From the NCBI GenBank assembly GCA_965206345.1, contig OZ242211.1, positions 1,338,758 to 1,402,757 on the forward strand: a stretch of 64,000 nucleotides of DNA, given 5' to 3'. Source of the stretch: Arenicellales bacterium (GTDB lineage: Bacteria > Pseudomonadota > Gammaproteobacteria > Arenicellales > JAJDZL01). The notes beneath the pieces were generated by a model, which did not search any database, had not been told where the DNA came from, and saw only the letters and a list, made by a program, of their open reading frames with translations. Of the stretch, positions 59,109-64,000 are shown piece after piece (position 1 is the first letter of the stretch; each line of letters begins with the position of its first letter). The position numbers and the translations under genes were made by a program.

Positions 59109-61116
59109 GGACCTTTTAGACAAGGCACAGCGCGCCCGTCGTCGTCGAATGATGCTGGGCATTGGTGGCGTAGTACTGATTCTATTGATTTCGGCGGGCG
59201 TCTATATCGGCACGGCCGTCATTGATCGAGTGTTTGTCGCTGTTGCACCAAATGAAGCGGTCGACATTGCACAATTGGAAATTCTTGATGGTACTGGCTG
59301 GATTTGGAAAGATGAAATTATTGCAGTAAGAGGCCCATTGAAACTACAGGTGTCTGCTGACGGATTCAAACAGGAAGTCTTGACGGTCGGTGATGCGACA
59401 TGGAGACGAGGGCGACTTGATGTGGTGCTAAAGCCACTGCCAGCTACAGTCACAGCAACAACCAAGCCAGAATCGGATGAAGTTCGCTGGTATTTGGATG
59501 GTACGTTGGTATCGGTAGCGGCACAGTTAACTGTCGATGTACCTGCGGGTCAGCACACAATTGAAGCCAGACATCCACATTTTGAACCAACCAGTCAATC
59601 GGTAACTCTTAAGCGCGGCGAGTCGTTTCAGTTGAGTCTTGATCTGAAACCAGTGATGGGTCTAGTTGAGATTACCTCTGCGCCGAGCGGGGCAGAAGTG
59701 TCACTTGATTCTGAAGCGATCGGAAAAGCTCCGCTGCACTTGGAATTGCAAGGCGGTGAGTATGAAATTGCGCTTTCACTCGCTGATCACGATCTGAGAA
59801 AGGATTCGTTTGTCATTTCGTCAAACAATCCTGCTGTGAGCCGGCACTATGAACTGGCAATGAGTAACCGCGAAGTGACATTTATGTTGACGCCGGCTGA
59901 TGGGTCATTGACAGTGGGTGGCAGTTCGGTTGCATCCCGAGAATTCGCAAGAGTTTCGCTACCCGTCAATTCCCGCCAAACCGCCACGTATTCGAAGCCT
60001 GGTTTCAGAACTCAAGAAATAGAATTCGAGGTGAACTCGAACTTTGACAACCAAATCAAAATAGAACTTCAGCCCGTTTACGGAATTGTGGAAGTCAGAT
60101 CAAACCCAACAGCTGATGTCTCTCACAATGGCAAAATCATTGGAAGAACTCCGGTTCTGGTTCGTATGCAGACGCTTCCTCAAACAATTACTGTCAGCCA
60201 GAAAAAATTCTTGCCTGAGACTCGCACGATTACGCCCGTTGAAGGCACAACCCGTGTTTTGGAGGTCAATCTTGTGTCGGAACAAGAACACCGACTAAAA
60301 ACCTCTCCGGATACGTATGTGAACAGCATTGGAATGAAATTCAAACTGTTCAGAGAGGCGGATTACTTCACTATGGGCTCAAAGCCCGGTGAATTAAACA
60401 GCAGACCGAACGAGTTTTATCGTCAGGTCCAGTTGAAAAAACCGTTCTACGCCGGCGTGCACGAAGTAACGATCGAAGCGTTTCAAACATTTATTGGCAG
60501 CAGTTCGACTCCAACCGGCGGTAATCGTCCGATTACTGGAATCAGTTGGAAGGAGGCAGCGCAGTTCAGCAACTGGCTCAGTGAAAAGGAGGGGCTGAGA
60601 ACTGTGTATAGGTTCACGGGTGACGAGTACCTGGGTAGCGATTCGACTGCGGATGGGTACCGGATGTTGACGGAAGCTGAATGGGAGTGGTTGGCCAGAA
60701 AGGCGGGCCGTAATCAGCAAACCATCTTCCCTTGGGGTAACGAGACAATCATTCCTCAAAACTCGGGCAATCTGGCTGATACGACGGCTAAGGGTTCGTT
60801 AGCTGTCTTCATTCCGCAATACGACGACGGCCAGGCAGGCGTGAGTGCGACAGGATTGTTTAAACCTAATCCCGCAGGCATTCATGACTTGACTGGCAAT
60901 GTGAGTGAGTGGACGCATGATGCGTATGACCACACTGTTCCCAGTGGCGATCAGATTGAGCTCGACCCATTCGACACCTCCAATGCCACATATCACACGA
61001 TCAAGGGGTCAAACTGGGCATCGGGTGAAGCAAGTGAACTTCGGGTCGCTTACAGAACGGGCAGTTCAGCAGGCAACGAGAGAACTGGGTTTCGACTTGC
61101 TCGTTATCTGTACTAG
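59095..61116 (+). CDS. single-pass membrane protein with tandem PEGA domains and a C-terminal FGE-sulfatase (SUMF1) domain lacking the catalytic cysteines
   Basis: TM MLGIGGVVLILLISAGVYIGTAV. PEGA units (GLVEITSAPSGAEVSLDSEAIGKAPLHLEL; GIVEVRSNPTADVSHNGKIIGRTPVLVRM). FGE-domain blocks (GMKFKLF..., HEVTIEAFQTF, PITGISWKEAAQFSNWLS, GYRMLTEAEWEWLAR, HDLTGNVSEWTHD, IKGSNWAS...TGFRLARYL). There is no Cys in the region equivalent to the FGE active site. Confidence 0.8.
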   Translation: MSGFKDLLDKAQRARRRRMMLGIGGVVLILLISAGVYIGTAVIDRVFVAVAPNEAVDIAQLEILDGTGWIWKDEIIAVRGPLKLQVSADGFKQEVLTVGDATWRRGRLDVVLKPLPATVTATTKPESDEVRWYLDGTLVSVAAQLTVDVPAGQHTIEARHPHFEPTSQSVTLKRGESFQLSLDLKPVMGLVEITSAPSGAEVSLDSEAIGKAPLHLELQGGEYEIALSLADHDLRKDSFVISSNNPAVSRHYELAMSNREVTFMLTPADGSLTVGGSSVASREFARVSLPVNSRQTATYSKPGFRTQEIEFEVNSNFDNQIKIELQPVYGIVEVRSNPTADVSHNGKIIGRTPVLVRMQTLPQTITVSQKKFLPETRTITPVEGTTRVLEVNLVSEQEHRLKTSPDTYVNSIGMKFKLFREADYFTMGSKPGELNSRPNEFYRQVQLKKPFYAGVHEVTIEAFQTFIGSSSTPTGGNRPITGISWKEAAQFSNWLSEKEGLRTVYRFTGDEYLGSDSTADGYRMLTEAEWEWLARKAGRNQQTIFPWGNETIIPQNSGNLADTTAKGSLAVFIPQYDDGQAGVSATGLFKPNPAGIHDLTGNVSEWTHDAYDHTVPSGDQIELDPFDTSNATYHTIKGSNWASGEASELRVAYRTGSSAGNERTGFRLARYLY

Positions 61117-61220
61117 GCTACGACAACTGGAGGGCGGTACAATGAATGGAGTTGAAAACCACATCCGAAAGTCAGTCCATTGACTAAATTCAGACAATTC
61201 AAAGTAGGAGTGTGCTCAAA

Positions 61221-61388
61221 ATGCTAAGACTAATGGTCGGAAATAAGCACTTCAGGGTGGTGCTGGCGGTGGCGCTTGCTGTTGCGTTGATTGTGTTTGC
61301 ATTTGGATATCACAAAGCTGGTACCGCGCAGAACACAGGACCGCAGATCAGTTTGAATACACCAGTCAGTTTCCCCGGGGATATTTAG
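61221..61388 (+). CDS. small single-TM protein (55 aa), not in the ORF track
   Basis: My translation gives MLRLMVGNKHFRVVLAVALAVALIVFAFGYHKAGTAQNTGPQISLNTPVSFPGDI. AGGAG lies 10 nt upstream. Its TAG stop directly abuts the TTG start of the ExbB-like gene. Confidence 0.4.
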   Translation: MLRLMVGNKHFRVVLAVALAVALIVFAFGYHKAGTAQNTGPQISLNTPVSFPGDI

Positions 61389-62144
61389 TTGAGAGAAGCA
61401 CTGCGTGGTCTGATAATTCTGGCTATTGCGGCAGCGTCGGTCCACACGCTTTATGTACAGTTAATTCGCCCCAGAGCGGAAATTCTAATTGAAGCTGGTG
61501 TGGCAGCCGGGCAGTATGCACCGCGAGATTGGGTTGTAATTCTGAAAGACTGGGAGCAGGAGATTTGCCTGATTCTTGCAATCTACTGTATTGTGGAAAT
61601 AATGATCCGTCTCTACAAACTTTCAAAAGAACAGTATCTTTTCGAAGTTGATTTTGTCGGTCAGGTTGAGTCGGGTGAGACCGATCTCAAGAGCACTTTG
61701 GAGGACCTTGAGACTTTGCCTCGCTCTGTGGGAAAATCTCAGTTGGTAGAGACGCTAAAGGCTTCCATTCGGCGGTATCGGATTACGTCTGATGTGCAGA
61801 ATACCTCCGATGCAATTCAAACCAGTGTTGATGCGGTAGCCATGCGACTTGAAGCAGATAACACAATGCTGCGCTACATGATTTGGGCGATTCCATCAAT
61901 TGGATTTATTGGCACAGTCCGTGGTATTGGGCAGGCGCTTTCGCAAGCCGACCAGGCGTTATCTGGAGACATTTCAGAAATGACTGCCAGCCTTGGCATC
62001 GCGTTTAACTCAACATTCGTCGCTCTGGTGATCAGCATTTTCCTGATGCTGCTTCTCCATTCGCTTCAGCGTGCACAGGACCGGCGCCTGGTCGACATAC
62101 AAAGTTATTGCGAAGAATTTCTCCTGAATCGAATCAGTCAGTAA
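61389..62144 (+). CDS. MotA/TolQ/ExbB-family proton-channel-like membrane protein
   Basis: Family motifs WAIPSIGFIGTVRGIGQAL (compare PxLGLLGTVxGm) and LGIAFNSTFVALVISIFLMLL (compare ALxTTxxGLxxAIP). 251 aa. TTG start from the ORF track. Confidence 0.75.
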   Translation: MREALRGLIILAIAAASVHTLYVQLIRPRAEILIEAGVAAGQYAPRDWVVILKDWEQEICLILAIYCIVEIMIRLYKLSKEQYLFEVDFVGQVESGETDLKSTLEDLETLPRSVGKSQLVETLKASIRRYRITSDVQNTSDAIQTSVDAVAMRLEADNTMLRYMIWAIPSIGFIGTVRGIGQALSQADQALSGDISEMTASLGIAFNSTFVALVISIFLMLLLHSLQRAQDRRLVDIQSYCEEFLLNRISQ

Positions 62145-62160
62145 TTATTGGGATATCTCC

Positions 62161-63228
62161 ATGAAAAGGAGACGACGCGCTCTCGGCAACAACCTTGCAT
62201 TCCTAGATGTGATGGCATGTGGTTTAGGTGCGGCGGTATTGGTTTTTCTGATTGTCAAGCATCACACAGGTGCTGAGCCGATGATTGAAGAGGCCGTATC
62301 TGACGACGGTCAAATTTTGACCATGCTTCGACAGTCCGAAGCAATGCTGGAAGATCAGGTTGAAGCGACTGCCCGACAAATTGAGAATTTGCAGACTCAA
62401 AACGAAGATCGCGAAAATCAGATCGAAGCTCACAAAGCCAAACAGGCTGAGTTGGAGGATTTGCAATTGCAGATCAAAGAGCTGAAGACGAAAAACTCAG
62501 GACTGAAGAAAGAGGTGGTCCGTATTCGTCCGCAGCAAACTGCAGATGTCATTCAGAACAAACAGACAGGCGAAGAGGACTACCTGATTGGGCTCAAAGT
62601 GGAGGGCCGACGAATTGCCATTGTTTTAGATCACAGCGCATCAATGACTGACGAAAAACTGGTTGACATTGTTACACGTAAACTTGGATCAGATGCTGAT
62701 AAACAAAAAGGACCGAAGTGGAATCGCACAGTTCGGGTGGCGCGCTGGCTGTTGGCTAGACTACCGAAGTCCAGTGAGGTAGCAGTCATCGGGTTCAATG
62801 AGAAGGCTAAGTTACTGAATAAAGGTGCCTGGGCTCACAGCAGCGACGCTACTCAGATCAACGGGCTTTTGGCTGAAATTGTCAGCCTTGTTCCGACTGG
62901 TGGAACCAACCTGGAAGCAGGATTGCGTGAGCTGAGAAATTTGAGACCGCAAGCGACCGATATCTATATTGTCACGGATGGACTACCCACGCGAAGCGTA
63001 TCTTCACCAAACCCGATATCCCGCTGTCGAAAAAATGCGACAAAAGTGAGTGGAAAGTGTCGTGTCGTTTTGTTTAACACAGCCATCAAGCATTCGATAC
63101 CTGCCAGAAGCAAAATTAACGTAATTCTGCTTCCGGTCGAAGGTGATCCTGATGCTGGACCACAATTTTGGGGTTTGACTGCCGCGACTGGTGGTTTGCT
63201 GCTGGTTCCAGCGGTGGGTTGGCCATGA
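62161..63228 (+). CDS. ExbD/TolR-like TM helix + coiled coil + von Willebrand factor A (MIDAS) domain protein
   Basis: N-terminus RRRRALGNNLAFLDVMACGLGAAVLVFLIV (compare TolR IVPLLDVLLVLLLIF, conserved Asp = D16, codon 62206-62208). Coiled coil from ~50-125. vWA motifs: IAIVLDHSASM (DxSxS), TGGTNLEAGL and IYIVTDGLPT. Confidence 0.8.
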   Translation: MKRRRRALGNNLAFLDVMACGLGAAVLVFLIVKHHTGAEPMIEEAVSDDGQILTMLRQSEAMLEDQVEATARQIENLQTQNEDRENQIEAHKAKQAELEDLQLQIKELKTKNSGLKKEVVRIRPQQTADVIQNKQTGEEDYLIGLKVEGRRIAIVLDHSASMTDEKLVDIVTRKLGSDADKQKGPKWNRTVRVARWLLARLPKSSEVAVIGFNEKAKLLNKGAWAHSSDATQINGLLAEIVSLVPTGGTNLEAGLRELRNLRPQATDIYIVTDGLPTRSVSSPNPISRCRKNATKVSGKCRVVLFNTAIKHSIPARSKINVILLPVEGDPDAGPQFWGLTAATGGLLLVPAVGWP

Positions 63229-64000
63229 GAAATCGCCGCCGAAGTGGTGAGGGTGAGAGCCTCGCTTTTCTTGATATTGTCACCTGTGGCTTTGGCGCGA
63301 TAGTACTGCTGCTGATCATTACTAAACCGGTACCGGACCACACGGACTTTGCAGAGCAGCAGCGAGACTTAAGTGGTGTTATTGAAACTGGGGGACAGCA
63401 GGTAATCGCATTGCAGGCAAAGTTGCAAAGCCTCCTGACTGAACTTGCGGCAATTCCCGATCCTAGTGAGCATTCAGTTGATCAAGGGCTGAATCAGTCC
63501 CTTTCTGAAGCACGAGATGCGGTTGAGGAATTAAATAGTAGCAACGAGGCGTTGGAGTTAGTCAAAGAGACTCTGATCGCAGCTACGATCACTCAGACAA
63601 CCACACCACAGCAACGTGACCCGGAGGTAGGTGGTATTCCGGTTGACAGTGAGTACGTGATATTTGTAATAGACACCTCAGGCAGCATGATTGAAATCTG
63701 GAATACTGTCATTGATACCATGAACCGAATCATAGATATCCATCCCAAGGTTAAAGGTTTTCAGGTAATTAATGACGACGGCAACTACCTGTTCAAATCA
63801 ACAAAAGGCAAGTGGATACCGGATACCTCAAAGTCCCGAAAGAGGGTCAAAGATGCGTTGAGACACTGGCGAAGCTTTTCAGACAGCAATCCCGTTCAAG
63901 GTTTGGAATCCGCACTTCGTACTTATGGAAGAAAACACGAAAAGTTATCCATATACGTCCTCGGGGATGAATTCACAGGTTCATCTTATGATGAAGTGAT
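63225..64000 (+). CDS. paralogous ExbD/TolR-like TM + coiled coil + vWA domain protein (3'-truncated by the window end)
   Basis: Not in the ORF track because it runs off the end. My translation gives MRNRRRSGEGESLAFLDIVTCGFGAIVLLLII (D17), then a coiled coil, then YVIFVIDTSGSM (DxSxS, D150 at 63672-63674) ... SIYVLGDEFTG. The ATG overlaps the upstream TGA (ATGA). Confidence 0.8.
   Translation, partial: MRNRRRSGEGESLAFLDIVTCGFGAIVLLLIITKPVPDHTDFAEQQRDLSGVIETGGQQVIALQAKLQSLLTELAAIPDPSEHSVDQGLNQSLSEARDAVEELNSSNEALELVKETLIAATITQTTTPQQRDPEVGGIPVDSEYVIFVIDTSGSMIEIWNTVIDTMNRIIDIHPKVKGFQVINDDGNYLFKSTKGKWIPDTSKSRKRVKDALRHWRSFSDSNPVQGLESALRTYGRKHEKLSIYVLGDEFTGSSYDEV

Noticed and set aside
55580-64000. 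Bat (aerotolerance) operon, MoxR-vWA system, or type IX secretion GldKLMN
   Set aside because: Bat and MoxR systems need a MoxR AAA+ ATPase and a DUF58 protein, and their vWA proteins lack an ExbD-type Asp helix. None of these is present. A GldK-like FGE fold is present, but nothing here resembles GldL, GldM or GldN. Only an architectural analogy is retained.
1-64000. CRISPR arrays, rRNA genes, IS elements, integrases, prophage genes
   Set aside because: No short direct repeats with regular spacers, no rRNA-like sequence, and no transposase, integrase or phage structural motifs were seen in any listed ORF or in my reading of the intergenic regions.

Overview
This looks like the origin-proximal chromosome region of a (probably marine) gammaproteobacterium. 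The conserved backbone is parB-parA-rsmG-mnmG ... mnmE-yidC-yidD-rnpA-rpmH on the minus strand, facing dnaA-dnaN-gyrB on the plus strand. It is followed by housekeeping and metabolic genes: apaG, two coupled acyl-CoA dehydrogenases, an aminotransferase, benE, tRNA-Met, xthA, prmC-prfA, TPR-lolB-ispE, thrC, tyrS, a mepM-like gene, anmK, an mgsABC-gmaS-type N-methylglutamate cluster, and panE-like. I saw no rRNA, CRISPR array, IS element or integrase. Two loci stand out, and both are built on MotA/TolQ/ExbB-like channel proteins paired with ExbD/TolR-like single-pass proteins of unusual architecture. (1) At 7732-11578, a two-gene insert sits between mnmG and mnmE. Its ExbD-like protein (TM helix with conserved Asp) carries about 820 aa of coiled coil, including 243-bp tandem repeats. 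(2) At about 55580 to beyond 64000, a tightly coupled operon encodes a secreted Gly-rich protein, a lipoprotein, a TPR/PEGA protein, a TM-PEGA-FGE(SUMF1)-domain protein, a small TM peptide, an ExbB-like channel, and two paralogous ExbD-TM/coiled-coil/vWA (MIDAS) proteins; it runs off the window end. Neither locus has TonB/TolA/Pal, an OmpA-type peptidoglycan-binding domain, ZorCD or MoxR/DUF58 partners, so I cannot place either in a described system. Other observations: a 414-bp dnaA-dnaN spacer with phased DnaA-box-like repeats, no recF, a 1340-aa MepM-like endopeptidase with 0.52-0.54 kb acidic tandem repeats, a 5'-truncated alsT remnant, and a HigA-like antitoxin remnant. All functional calls rest on motifs I recognised by eye in the translations. 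No database search was run.
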